Made by a program: the position numbers and the translations under genes
Assembly: GCF_018977255.1 (NCBI RefSeq)
Contig: NW_024704742.1
Coordinates: forward strand, 100,442,001 to 100,506,000
Reading direction: 5' to 3'
Source: Callorhinchus milii
Lineage: Eukaryota
Length of the DNA: 64,000 nucleotides
Shown here: piece by piece, positions 25,701 to 38,904 of the stretch
How positions within the stretch are numbered: the first letter of the stretch is position 1
Layout of the letters: the number at the start of each line of letters is the position of its first letter
The notes under the pieces: generated by a model
The model's database searches: none
Seen by the model: the letters and a program-made list of their open reading frames with translations, nothing else
Told to the model about the DNA's origin: nothing

Positions 25701-27610
25701 ACAAATACGTTGTCACTCCAGAACATGATTAACTGTTGTTTGTGCTATTTTAGGTTCACTCAAATATTAAAATATGAAGAAAATAGATGAAATTTAAGTG
25801 CTCTGAGATGCTACCCGCATGAAGAGCATTAGAAAAATGCAAGTTGTTGCTGTTATTGAAATTAACAGTCAAAAACACTTAACAGTATATCCTGTGAATT
25901 CTTTGAGATGTCTCAACAACAAGATAAGACGCTATATCAAATGTAAGGATTATTATTGTTTTGGTGTAAAACATCTTGAACAGTGTTTGTCTCATAACAG
26001 CGATTTCCATGCATCTTTTGTTTTGTTCTAGTCAATAATTGAAATGTATGGGGACAGTTTTATCCTCTTGTCTGTCCATTGTTGCTTTTTCTACTGCTGG
26101 TGGGTGTTTTGACAAATGTTGGTGAAGAGAGAATCAAGTAAATAAAAAAGCCAGGGCTGTTCCCTGAAACATTATCCATACAGACCAGGAAGGTCCAAGT
26201 ATTCAAAAGATAATAAACGGCTGAAACATATTGTCTCAAACACGCGTAGAGGCATCAGTTGGTGCTGCAATAAAAGAGTAGGAAGGATATTTATTATTAT
26301 TATTATGGAAGAACTGAAATCAAATGGGCCAAAGGACCTTTGTCATTGTGCAGTGTTTTACTGTAAAACATTGGCTCCAAAAGACTTTTGTAATGAAGGA
26401 AAGAATGCAGAGCATAAATAAATTGGAGATCTCCATAACATCTCAACTGAATGATGGTATCTCCAACAATGCAGGTTTCTTCAGGATTGTGCTACAAAGG
26501 ATTTATCTAAAAATCGGGCATCTTTATGTTTTAACTTAAAAATAAATGCAACTGTCATTTTGTAGGAGCATATTACAACAAAAAGGTAATTAAAAATACA
26601 ATCAGGTGGTAATAATAATGCAGTAATAATAATAATAATCCTTGCATTTGATATAATTCCTTATCATGTCATTGAGACATCTCAAAGCGTTTCACAGAAT
26701 ATACTGCAAAGTGAATTGACTATATGCTCTGGGCGAAACAAACGCATGTCGGTTAATATATTAAAGGATAGGTTTTTTCAACCCCGATTTTTCTCGGATT
26801 TATCCATCAAACCACCATCTGAGTAAAGCCAAACTGGAGTCAAACACGCTCAAATGTGTGTTAAATGATTTCATATTCCCTTCCTTACAGGTCACCTTCA
26901 ATATTTCTTTGGCTATTTATTTGGAGTCAAATTTTGGATTGAGCTAGTCAGAGTCAACAGTCAGTGTCAAATTGCTCAAACAGTGTTACCTCAGCTGTGT
27001 AAGCACAACAATAGTCAGCGCATATTTAAATACTAAAAATCAATAATCCTCCCACCTCTAATTGATACTTTTACTTTATATGTCACAGGACCTTCTTTAG
27101 AAATTCTCACAATACAATAACTCAGGAAAGGATGACAGCTGAGTGTAAAATTAGAGTTGGAAAAAGATTACCAATTTTCATGCAGGCTATGCTTAGTGAG
27201 CAATAATGACTTGTTACCATTCAGTTCCCATTGTTCCCATTCAGTACTGAATGTCTTAATCATCCAGAGGAAACAAAAAAGTGTTCCTTCACACAGCTCC
27301 AAACTGTTCAAACACTAAGATACACAAATAATTGACTCCCTGAAATCCAACATCAATGTGTTTGTTTAACAAAACATAATACGGGTAATGTTACCATATC
27401 CCTTACTGTAGAGCAAATAATTTGTTCATTAAAGTATTGTAAAGGAAATTTTCATCATATTCTTTTCCTTCTCACGAGTTTCTAATAATGAACACACCAC
27501 ATAAAACCTAGATTACGTATGTTTAAAACTATTATTTTAAGAGGAAGATTATAAAGTACCGACAACAATAAACAATGACAAATTTTATCTTGATGTGTTC
27601 CTTGAACATA

Positions 27611-27975
27611 TGGAGTCCTGTTGCTCAGTGGTTAGAGACTCGCCTCACAAGTGAGAGGATTCAGATTCAATTCCTGGGCAGGGTAAAACGTTGGGCAAGT
27701 TTCCTTACTCCACACATCTCTGTTTACCTATCAGTAAGTATGAACCCAGTTGTTAGCAGATTGGCGGATCACTTTTCCGGGGATAATAAAGAAAAAAAAG
27801 AATAATTTGGTCACTCAATGACTGTTTGTGGGAGACTGCTGTGCACAATTGGCTGCCTCGTTTTGCCCAGAAAAGATACAGTCAATCCACTCTACAGTAT
27901 ATTCTGTGAAGCACTTTGAGACGTCTCAACGACGTGATAAGGCACTATTTCAAATGCAGGGATTTTTATTATTGT
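27611..27975 (+). mobile_element. Older, longer subfamily of the same SINE
   Basis: Same head and tail plus an extra internal segment ctctgtttacctatcagtaagtatgaacccagttgttagcagattggcgg. Confidence 0.85.
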
Positions 27976-28832
27976 TACATCTTTCAATAAACAAACTATC
28001 CAACCTAAACATTTTCAGGTCTACAGTATTTATGGTGAATTTTAGTGTTCAACATGATGGAGAAGGTCAATGCTGTGAAAAGGAATATTTTTAATCTTAC
28101 TAAGTCTGGAGGAGATTCTCATATTTGAATTGTTATGTGGACAAACTTGGCAGGTTACCTGCACCGAATAGCAAATTTACTGATCAGTGGCGAGTACGAT
28201 ACATTTGCCTGTCAAGGAGCATAACTCTGAAAGTAAATCTGAAGGTCGCCCTCTGCTCAGAAGCCGATTTCAACAACGGCTTTCATGAACCTGGTTAATT
28301 TATGCAGTTAACACACTTCCTTTCACTTGCAAGACATTCATATCAGTGTTCTGGAAGATCAACCAAATATACATCTGAAGTATTCATGAGGAACAATATA
28401 CTTGGACCCTACTGCAAACAACTACTGGCCCACACAGTTCTTATGCCCTTCTTTTCCTAGTTTTTTTTAATGTTTTAGTTCAAAACATTGCAATAGCAAT
28501 TCTTGTTCAAGTCAATTTTCGAACCTCAAATGTAACAAAGTTATGTTTATAATAATGTAACTTCATATTATTATAACAAAGTTACGTTTGATTTATGTAT
28601 TTGTGTTTACAGCACACTTTTGGAAAACCTCAAATGTTCTTCTTTGTGGAGAAACAGTGATGAGATGAATGACTAACTAATCTGTTTTTGGTGCATTTGG
28701 ACAAGGAAGGAACACTAGTCAAGGAGGTGGGAGAACATCCTGTCCCCTTTGAAATAGTGCCTTTGGACTACTGTCCTCTTGAACCAACAGTCTAGACAGA
28801 TAGTAGCTCAGTTTAACATTCAACCAAAGAGT

Positions 28833-29240
28833 AGCAACAACATCAACAAAATTACATTTGTATAGCACCTTTCACATCGGGAGGACATCCCAAGTCGCTG
28901 GACAGAAAGAGTTACAGGAACCGAGCTGAGGGTCGGGATGGGGGAGGGGAAGTAGGGAGATTGAAAGCCCAGTCAAAGAGGAAGGTTTTGAAATGAGTCT
29001 TGAATGTGGCAAGGGAGGGGGATGTGAAGCAGGCCGGAGTCCGCTGAGCAGAGGGAGCAAACAGGGTGGTAGAGGGTTAGGAGGTCGGAGAGGTAGTGGG
29101 GGGAGGGCTTTGAAGGTGAGGACCAGAATCTTGAACTGTATGCTCTGTGTGATGGGAAGCCAGTGGAGTTGGGCAAGGATAGGGGTGATAGGGTAGCGGA
29201 GCCTGGTGTGGGAGAGACACGGGCTGCAAAGTTCTGCCCT
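28833..29240 (-). mobile_element. L2 LINE 3' fragment
   Basis: Same tail (gcacctttcacatcgggaggacatcccaag) and ORF2 C-terminal remnant (YLSDLLTLYHP) as 174-1178. Confidence 0.85.
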
Positions 29241-29624
29241 CTGACACTGCAGCAGAGCTCACTCTGCGCTGTGCTGGAGTGTCAGTCTACACATTATGAG
29301 TTCATATCCTGATATGGTAGTTTTTGCCGAAAGTTGAGAAGGCTACAAAAACTAAGCTTATTTGAACTGATAAGCTTTTACTCAATCAAATGTCCCAATA
29401 GTCCTTTTCGCATCTGACAAGTGTCAGAATAAAGTTTGATTTCATTGACATTTTCCCTGCACTAAACGTCTGCATTTCTATTTGTCTGCAAAATACATAG
29501 TCAATATACTCTGCAGTTTGCACTGTGAAGCACTTTGAGATGTCCACCTGACAAAAAGCTGCTATATCAAATGCAATGATTATTAAACACTGTGCTGCTT
29601 GTTAGCTCTACTATTCCAGCCTAT

Positions 29625-30177
29625 ACAACAACAACAAGATTACATTTGTATAGCGCCTTTCATGTCGGGAGGACGTCCCAAGACGCTGGAAAGTGTACAG
29701 CATTTTAGACCCGAGCTGGGGTCAGAAGGGAGGGAAGGGGAAGGGGGGTGACCGATGGCATGGTCGAAGAGGAGGGTTTTGAGGCGGAACTTGAAGGAGG
29801 ATAAGGAGGGGGCGAGGCAGAGTGATTGGGGGATGGAGTACCAGAGTTTGGGGGCAGAGTGGCTGAAGGCTCTCCCGCCAATAGTGGGGCAGGTGGGTCG
29901 GGGGACATGGAGCAGACCAGAGCTGCCTGAGCAGAGGGAGCGGGCGGGTTGGTAGGGGGTTAGGAGGTCACAGAGGTAGGGTTTGGCGAGACCATGGAGG
30001 GCTTTGTAGGTGAGCACCAGGATTTTGAATCCTCTGAAGGATAGGGAGCCAATGGAGTTGGGCGAGAGTGGGGGAAATAGGGGTCATGGAGTTTGGTGCG
30101 GGAGAGGACATGGGCTGCAGAGTTCTGGATTATCTGCAGCCTGTGGAGGGAGGAGTTGGGAAGGTCGACAAGCAGGG
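29625..30177 (-). mobile_element. L2 LINE 3' fragment
   Basis: LTYKALHGLAKPYLCDLL...GGRAFSHSAPKLWYSIP...FKFRLKTLLF, followed by the L2 tail and (CAA)n. Confidence 0.9.
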
Positions 30178-30748
30178 CGTTTGCATTTGTATACCATAAA
30201 GAAAAATGTTGAAATTACACAAAAAAAATTACAATACAATTTACATTTAAATAGGGAATTCAGGATGACATCTCAAGGCTTTATATTATTATTTAAGCGC
30301 TCTGGGGCAAGATTCTGTGTGAGGGGCACTATATAAATGCAAGTTGTGGTTGTTATGTTTATTATTGCTATCCCTCTAATATTCCACATTTAATTTCATT
30401 TTGGAGAGATTTAAGTACAGAATGACCTGAGCTGAAGCTAGGTCAGTATAGGATATCCCTTTAAGAAGAGCCAATGAGATAAAGGCAGGAAGTATAAAAA
30501 GCGCATTGGGAGAAGGACAAATTGGTGCGGTTAAAGTTAGTGGATTGATGTGCTGTAAAAAGAAGATTACTAACACCCGTGCTTTGGACTGAGTATCTTT
30601 ACAGTCAGAAGAACCATCATGAACAGCTAAATTTGCAAAAAAAAACACTATACCTGCTACAGATTGAATTTTCACCACCCTCATTTCAAAATCTTTCTCC
30701 TTTGAATTACTTTAAATCATTCTTGATCTTGTAATTTCATCAGCAGCC

Positions 30749-30790
30749 GATTATGTCAGTTCAGAACCTGACTATGTCAGTTCAGAACCT
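30749..30790. repeat. 21 bp tandem duplication
   Basis: gattatgtcagttcagaacct followed by gactatgtcagttcagaacct. Confidence 0.9.
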
Positions 30791-33164
30791 CATGCTCAGA
30801 AATTGAACTCTTCATGTTCAAACTATTTTTTACCTCTAAGGGGACGCAGAATTGTTTGTACAATTACATTAAATATACTATATTTAACATGATTACTAAT
30901 ATGTGCGTATCGAAAAGTCACAAGAGAGGGTTTCTTTCCTCACCAAGAAATCATTCAATGGCAGATTAGTTTAACCCGATTAAGATAAACATGATTCAGA
31001 TAGTCCTCATTTTCCATCTAATCTAAGTATTAAAACTATTCAACTTCAATTTCTGGATTGTAGAGAATTGCGGAAATTTTTTCCCATTCAGTTTTAATTT
31101 GGAAGCTGGTTTTATGCAGTTTTTCAAAAGGGACAAGCTTCCAAATTGAAGAATTTTGCAGTCTTAAACATTAAAACAAAATGTTCTTCCAGGCTAGGGA
31201 TGTGAAATAGCGGGTCCATGGTCCATAAAATTAATTTACAACACAAACAGGCAGCTCATAAAAACTGTAAGCAGTTTCTTTGTGGAGTCAGAAGAGTTAG
31301 ACAGTACGCAGAACAGTTAAACTGAACCTATGCTGCTGTTGTTAAAGGCTCATGTCCCAGATTCCAACATTAAATATCATCATTATCATGTGACGATAGC
31401 AATATTTCTGTGTAGAAAGTTACCCAAGTTACTGGAGTAGAAACAGCTGAGACCCATCACCCCCATCCACCACTACCTCCCCCCCCACCACTGTCACCCC
31501 ACCTCATTGCATGATACAATACCAATTCTGTAGGATGTACCTGAAAGTACATGATACAAACTTGGGAATGCTATTAAACTCAATTTAACAACAACAACTT
31601 TATATTGCACACATTTCATTATCATGTAATAATAATAATAAATAAATTGCAGTGGAAATAAAAATCCTACCTATTAGCTACAGACTGATGGTAGAGCATT
31701 AAAACAACAGCAAAAAAAAAGTATTATTTCATTAAGTCTCTTTTATAAAATCGCAAAAATTTACATAATCTTTTTTTCAATATGAAATACACTATTAACA
31801 GTAGAAAATGCCGTGGCTGGCCATAACAAATGATAAATCACTCCTTAGGTGACCAGAGTTCATCATTGATGAGTTATACAGTCAGCTTCAAAAGGAAACA
31901 CAGATCATATATTGTGGAGATCCATGTGATATGATTTGTATCCCACAAGTGGGCTGACCTGATAAATCATGTGTGACATAGTTCAAGTGAATTATGGTCA
32001 GTGCCATGATCAAGATAGAAATCCTATGCAATTGGTTTACATAATGTATTCTGTATACATCGTGCATTAAAAGTTAATCTGGCAAAGAGATCAAAATGGA
32101 GGTCAACTGTTCACTATATTCTATTGTGATTTAGTTCCAGTGATGCTGGAGAGTGTGACTCTTTGTGGGTGTAAAATGTTAGGACAACCCGAGCTTCCCA
32201 GGAGAGTTCAGCATAAAAGCTACATACCTCCCAACAACATAAGGCTGACCATTCCCTAGAAACTGTAGAGGCTCCCACACCCAGACCAAGAGACAGCTAT
32301 CACATTTCCTCACAGCCAATGTAGAACTTCTAATGTGCATCGTCTGTGCCGAGAACAAGAACAGGGTGACCCGCCAGACAAAAATCTGGCCTCTGCCCTA
32401 AATTAGTAGAAGGTCCATCCTCTCAACATGTACTTGCAATCCACAGTGACCTCAGTTCCAACCATTTGCATAGAGATAACCCTGGACCCAATCCAAGAAA
32501 AGTCCTGGATTTCTTCCGAGCCGCAGCTTGATGTGGCGGCAAATGAAACTCCCACAAATGAATCCCAGCATTAGTGAAAATTACCCAATCTGAGAGAACA
32601 ATATCCTCATTGAGGTTGAATTGGGAAAAATTCGTTAAATCTGGTTTCTGTTCCTGCCCTACTGCCAGCACTGGACTGGACTGGCACACTGACACCCACC
32701 CAGCACTGTCTGGGCAGCACCCGACAGATGTAAGCACGTACAATCCATTCTGTAGTAGTACTGTCTCAGACTCAGCAGACAAGACAGCTGCGAAGCACAC
32801 GCAGAGTCCCACAGTCACCATGCAAACTAGTCACCATGACTGCACGCACGCCAAGCTCACTCCCTCCCCAAAAATGTAATATTTTAGATACACATAATAT
32901 ACCATATATCATACCCAAGGATCAATGTGAGAAGGTTTGAAATTGTGTTGTAGCTGAAACAAAATTGTGGTATAATATACTGAGAAAAATGCTCATTCTT
33001 TGAACATTTCTGTAACTTCTTTAATAACAGGCTTTTCAAATAAAAAGTTCCAGGAATTAGAATGAGCGAATACATTTTGCAGTATTTCTTAATGGGATTT
33101 CTTACTAAGAAACCTAAACGTACGTGATACAAACTAGAGAATGCCACTCCAACTCAATTTAATA

Positions 33165-33375
33165 CCAACAACTTAATTTATATTGCACTTTACATGTAAG
33201 TTAATGTCTCAAAATACTTTACAGAGGAGCAGTGAACCCGAGCAAGACAGGACATAGAGGGATGGGAGGGTGGTAATTGAAGGCACGTCCAAGAGAGAGG
33301 ATTTTAGAAGGATTTTGAAAGCAGAGAGGGAGTTTACGAGGAGAAGGGCTTTGGAGAGAAGGTACAAGACAGAAG
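33165..33375 (-). mobile_element. Decayed L2 3' end
   Basis: caacaact tail and gaaggcacgtccaagagagagg similar to the other L2 copies. Confidence 0.55.
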
Positions 33376-33378
33376 GCT

Positions 33379-33692
33379 TGTAGCTCAGTGGTTAGAGCAC
33401 TCGCTTTGCAAGTGAGAGACCTGAGTTCAATTCCAGGCAGGGTGAAACCTTGGGCAAGTTTCCTTACTCCACACGCCTAATAATAATCCCTCCAATACCC
33501 AAAAAACAATAATAAATTGGTCATTTTCAATCTACGACTGTTTGTGGGACATTGCTGTGTGCAATTGGCTGCCGCGTTCGCCCACAAATATACAGTCAAT
33601 TCACTTTACAGTGTGTTCTGTGAAGTGCTTTGGGACGTCCTCCCGATGTGAAAAGCGCTATATCAAATGCAAGGATTATTATTATTTATTAT
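33379..33692 (+). mobile_element. Young tRNA-headed SINE
   Basis: Near-identical to 4861-5180, lacking the first few bases. Confidence 0.92.
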
Positions 33693-33699
33693 TAAGGCA

Positions 33700-33808
33700 C
33701 TTAGTGGGGGAAGAGTGGGGACTAATTGGATAGCTCTTTCAAAGAGCAGGCACGTTGGGCCGAATGGCCTCCTTCTGTGCTGTAGGATGCTATGATTCTA
33801 TAATTCTA
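33700..33808 (+). mobile_element. CR1-like LINE 3' tail
   Basis: gggactaattggatagctctttcaaagagc...tgggccgaatggcctccttctgtgctgta...tatgattcta; a reverse copy surrounds the SINE at 14369-14850. Confidence 0.7.
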
Positions 33809-34134
33809 ATACCTATCTATTTTAGGAGTGAGGTCCCCTCAAGTCAGCAAGGTGCTTGTGAGGTATTGAGTTATCAGAATCAGTTCCCTTTCAGATTTCT
33901 AAATATAGTATAAAGAATCATATTAGGAAATGCCACAACATTGAGCCTAAGATGTGATGAGGAACAAACAAAAACAGGGAGAAACATTGTGTCCAAATGC
34001 CACTTTGATGTACAGAATAATTTTATCCCACGCTATGCCTTACAGGGCATATCCTCTGTAGAGTGCGTTTCGCATAGTCTAGTTGATGAGCTTTGAAGAA
34101 CAGTATCTATATTTGCAGGTCAATTGTTTCTTAC

Positions 34135-34439
34135 CTCCCAGAGGTGGCGGCTGTTCCGGAGAGCTCCCATCTGCACCTTTTCCCTGCTGATGGCAACTCC
34201 CTGGTAGGGTCCGAGCCAGGTGCCCTGTGGGATGCGCTGAGCAGCGCAGATACCGTAGCCCAGGCCTGGCACGGTACTCGTACACAGACACACCTCCCGT
34301 GGCAGCTCCCGCAGCCCACATGGCACCTCAGGGGGAGCTACGACCGTGCTGCTGCTCGTGCCCACCAGACGGCGCAGTGAGTGGAGCGGCCCGTGCATCG
34401 GGCACTCGCCATTCCGATTGTCAGCACACATGTCACAGC
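34135..34439 (-). CDS. PRDM6: PRDM6 second coding exon (zinc knuckle and N-terminal part of the PR/SET domain)
   Basis: Encodes (R)[29 protein letters not shown]...[36 protein letters not shown]...HLWE. Acceptor tctcttctcAG, donor GAG|GTAAG. 305 nt; C+GC across the intron gives Arg, so the phase joins the upstream exon. Downstream PR and C2H2 exons were not found in the window. Confidence 0.96.
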
Positions 34440-35532
34440 CTGAGAAGAGAGGCACAATTTAAACAGGGCAGCAAAATAGAGCGGCAATAAGGGATGGGAC
34501 AGGTCAGGCTGAACAACATGGGATAGGACAGGTTGGACTGAGGAACATTGGAGAGGTTAGAACAGGTGGCATGAGAGGGGTGAGTCAGTATCAGAAATAA
34601 GGAAACAGGAGAGAATTGATTTAGAGGAAGCCGCGTTGGACGATATAATAATTATTACAAAAATAAAAGCTTGCATTTCTCAAAGTGCTTCACATTTTTT
34701 TCAAATGCCATGGCTGTTGTCAGGAAGGTGCTGTTGACAGTAATTTGGGCCAATCAAGTTCACAAACAGTAATGACAATATTTAAACGGGGTGGATTTTG
34801 GTGAATTTTGGCCACATCCCCAGGAAAACTTTTTAAAAAAAAAAATAATGCCATGACAACTTTAACAAAAGTTGGCAAAGCAAAAATTTGTTTTAAATTT
34901 GGTCACTGCTGTGCGCAATTGGATGCCACGTTTCGCCTATAAAATACAGACAATTAACTTTGCAATATATTCTGTGAAGCGCTTTGAGACGTCTCAACAA
35001 CATGATAAGCCACTAAATCAAATGCAAGGATTATTATTATTGCTTAACATCTACCCGAACTAACAGAACAGGTAGATGGAAGCTAAGACCAAGGGTGATG
35101 GACAGACAGCAATGGGTGACTTGAGAGCAGAAGTGGTCAGTACTGAGTAAAACCTGGAGATGGTAATGGATGATGAGGGAAAGGAGAGTAGAAGGCATCA
35201 AGAAAACACCAAACGCCAAAGCATAGTATCCCTTACTCAATTCCTTAGACTTTGCAACCAGGTTCAGACTTGCGTACGCTTTATTTGCAGCAAACACCAA
35301 ACTTGCCATTGGGAGAAAGTAATCGTTTAGCAAAAGTGAAGTGAAGACCAATGTGTGTTTTGTTTCGCATTTATTGAAACCAACGCTTTATGTTATGCTT
35401 CTTTGAAATATTCCCCCAGTGTAGGTGGGAAGAATAACATTCAGGGAAGGAGAAAGCACCATTCCGGCCAAACACAATTCTCTTTCACTCAGTGTACAGT
35501 TTAAACTGAACCACACCGACTGAAGGTGTGGA

Positions 35533-35867
35533 GTGGAGTCCTGTAGCTCAGTGGTTAGAGCACTCGCTTTGCAAGTGAGAGACCTGAGTTCAATTCCAGG
35601 CAGAGGGCGAAACCTTGGGCAAGTTTCCTTACTCCACACAGAGCCTAATAATAATCCCTCCAAAACCAAAAACAATAATAAATTGTCATTTTCAATCTAC
35701 GACTGTTTGTGGGACATTGCTGTGCGCAATTGGCTGCCGCGTTCGCCCACAAATATACAGTCAATTCACTTTACAGTGTGTTCTGTGAAGCGCTTTGGGA
35801 CGTCCTCCCGACGTGAAAAGCGCTATATCAAATGCAAGGATTATTATTATTATTATTATTATTATTA
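35533..35867 (+). mobile_element. Young tRNA-headed SINE, full length with a long (TTA)n tail
   Basis: Near-identical to 12484-12810. Confidence 0.93.
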
Positions 35868-36079
35868 AGGGAAGCCGTGCATTACAGTCGAGAGATGCAC
35901 CTGTGGAGCCTGGCGGGTGGCACTGCGCAATGTCACGGTGTGAAGCATCGCCCACTTGTTAATAAACGTTTTACAATTAAGTTTGAAACACTTTTTATTT
36001 TTGCCCTTCGGCACCGGGTTTCTGATCTGCACCGTGCACCCCGCTGCCTGCTTGCTCACGTTGCTCTTACTCTGCTACG

Positions 36080-36201
36080 GTTCGCCCACGAATATACAGT
36101 CAATTCGCTTTACAGTGTGTTCCGTGAAGCGCTTCGGGACGTCCTCCCGACGTGAAAAGCGCTGTATCAAATGCAAGGATTATTATTATTATTATTATTA
36201 T
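36080..36201 (+). mobile_element. 3' fragment of the same SINE, CpG-enriched
   Basis: Aligns without gaps to 35741-35860 with 5 substitutions. Confidence 0.88.
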
Positions 36202-37459
36202 TTACCTCTCTGCGCCTTCCCGTGCGTGGGTGCAATATGGACATGTTTGCTGTTAGCTGTGGGATGTAAATGCACCGTGAAGTGTTTATGGGATGTGCAT
36301 GTGTGCAAGGCAGAGAGAGGGAGGGAGAGAGAGAGAGAGAGCTGCTGGGGTTTTCAGTGGATCTCTGCAGCAGTCACCTTACTGCGGCTCTGAGTCATTT
36401 GCATCTTGAATGCCATCCTTCTTTCAAAACTTGCACAATATTGCATTTCTAACCAGACTGCGGGGTTCACACCTCGCACTTGCTTTTCCCGAATGAAAGC
36501 GACCGATTCCTGGCAAAAAGAAAAAAAAAAAAACCCGCTTTGCAGGTAGAGATGCCGTTCATCCGCCCTGATTTTCTTTTGCAATTCCCCCTTTGGTTTT
36601 GAAATAGGTACATACACAGTGCACGCAACTGCGGACAAACAGCACCAGCCGCAGCTATCTTGTGTTTTTTTAAAAAAAGAAATCTCGTTTCAAATATCCT
36701 TTAAGCACTGGTAGACTTGCAACACAATAGTAGGGCGGACACTCGCTGGAAGAATCAGCTCTAAGATTAGGACAAACAGAAAAGTCCTGAGTGACCCGGG
36801 AATCCTCATCCTGCAAAGGTCTCGCTGTTATTTTGCTCTACGTTTACGAGGCTTGAAACTGAATCAGTAAGACCAGCTGTTCTCATTCTGCTCAACGTTT
36901 TATTTCAGTTTGACATTTCGGAACTGTTTTAGATACTAATCACTGGGCATTCTGCAATGGGATTGTGGTATTTTTGCCACTTTCCCAGACACACAACATG
37001 ATATGAAGCAGCCAGTGAGATGCTTGGCTGAGAGTCAGTTTGCTAACGCCCTCTGCAAAAAGCGACCTGTTTTGGGATATTTATAATAATAGAATAATGA
37101 TCCTTTCACTTGATGTAACGCACGTATCAAAGCACTTTGGCTCTGGGTGGCTTTGCTGGTGCGTCTGTTGCAAGTCCCGATGGAGAGAAAGTCACTGGAA
37201 TGATCATGTCCATCATGTCCAAGACGTAATGTAAACAAGTGATGAAGGCGAGTCTTGTTACCATTACACAGCTTAGCAGAGCTACGTCCTCTCTCCCTTC
37301 CCAACTCCATCAAAGTTTATAGCGTCCACATCACTCACTCCCCGTTAATCCCTGAAGCCCCTTTCTCTAACTGTGGCTTCCTGGTTATCTCAAATCTGGG
37401 CCATCGCGCTTTACAATTATTTTGAGCAAGTTCCCTTTTGCAAACCATAAGTTGGACTT

Positions 37460-37485
37460 GTATATATATATATTGTATATAATTC

Positions 37486-37516
<31 letters not shown>
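37460..37516. repeat. Interrupted (TA)n microsatellite
   Basis: Direct reading. Confidence 0.9.
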
Positions 37517-38904
37517 TCCAGTTACGGTTTTGTTCCGAGGGCGTTAAATGCATCGTCTCCGAAGTTACTGATTTTTTTTAAGAAACAGTTTTAGTTTGTT
37601 TGGAAATGACTGAGTGAATTCAGATGTTTCGGGAGGAAAGGTATGTCGTTTAACACTTAACATTTATCCTCTATTTAAATACAGTACTGTGTGTGTGTGT
37701 GTGTGTGTGTGGATGCATTAAAATCAGTACTTACATTTATTTCTCCGACTGAAACACGCAAATAAATCTGGAATTGGATGTTCAGGGTTACTTACATTGG
37801 CTACACTGTGCTTTGCCCCTGTTAATGCAATCTTGCAGTGAAGTTTAACACCATAAAAAAATAAGCCCGAGCATTTACACACAGGAATAATTCGATGGTG
37901 TTAAGGCAAGAAAAAAGCAAACTACGATTGGCAATATTCTCTATTATTTAGTTGTGCCAAAGATGCCCAAAGGCGAAAGTGGTTTAAAATAGTCTGCATC
38001 GCGATCAGCCACGTACCACACAGCTAAACCGATGTGTGTAGGAATCAAATCAATTTCGCAAATGCATTCGTGTGTGTGTGTGTGTGAACTCCTGTTAAAC
38101 TTTAAACTGTCCACTCCACTATTTGTCCGCTATTCAGAATTTTGTTTTAGAAAAAAAAAGTAAAAGTTGCATTGTCTAAATCGATCGAGAGTGTGTAATT
38201 TTTTTTTCCTGGTATCGATAAACCTGTCGCTCTGTATCGGAAAATGCCGCTTTTATCGTCCCCCCCACCTCCCAGTTTGATCTAAACGCGAAGGCGATTC
38301 CTGGAAACGGTGTCCATCGCCTCTGTTGCTAATTTTCAACTTATAAAATAACACTCTCTTGAGCTGTCAACGTTTTTTCCTCTCTCGCTGGTTTCTTTGC
38401 AAGTTACTCATTGATCGACATCGTCTGCCTCCAGTTTAACTAACCGGGTCAGCGAAGTGAAAATACTTTCAACGAGCAACACTGCATTATAAAGTAAAAC
38501 ATGTTGCATTCTCTTTTAAGTTCTGAACTCAGCCTTCAGAGGGGGAAAAAAAAATACTCTTGGGAAAAATTATACTGATAAGATTTATGTAAAATACTGT
38601 AATATCGATCAGTATTCCTTCCCTCAAACAGTATTTCAACAAACGTTCAATTCTGTAATAATTGTGTTTTAGCTTCAATAGAAAATTGCATCAAAACGAC
38701 AGATTTTTTTTAAAAAAAGCACAGAGATATTTACAGATCTCTTCGCCTGAAGTATTATAAAGTGGTATAATTATTTGGAAATTATGTCTGTGGGTTAAGT
38801 GTTGCTGTTGCATTGCGCCAGAGACAACGTTTGCAAAACAATGCAACAATAAATCTCCCAGTAAAGGTTTTGTTTGAACGCGTTGCATTAACGAAGTGAA
38901 TCAC

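Noticed and set aside
32423..32879. Overlapping 132 aa and 101 aa ORFs in the PRDM6 intron
   Set aside because: No recognisable domain and no convincing splice sites in phase with PRDM6.
35533..36393. Recurrent ORFs such as WLPRSPTNIQSIHFTVCSVKRFGTSSRREKRYIKCKDYYY
   Set aside because: Chance translations of the non-coding SINE body, repeated wherever the SINE occurs.
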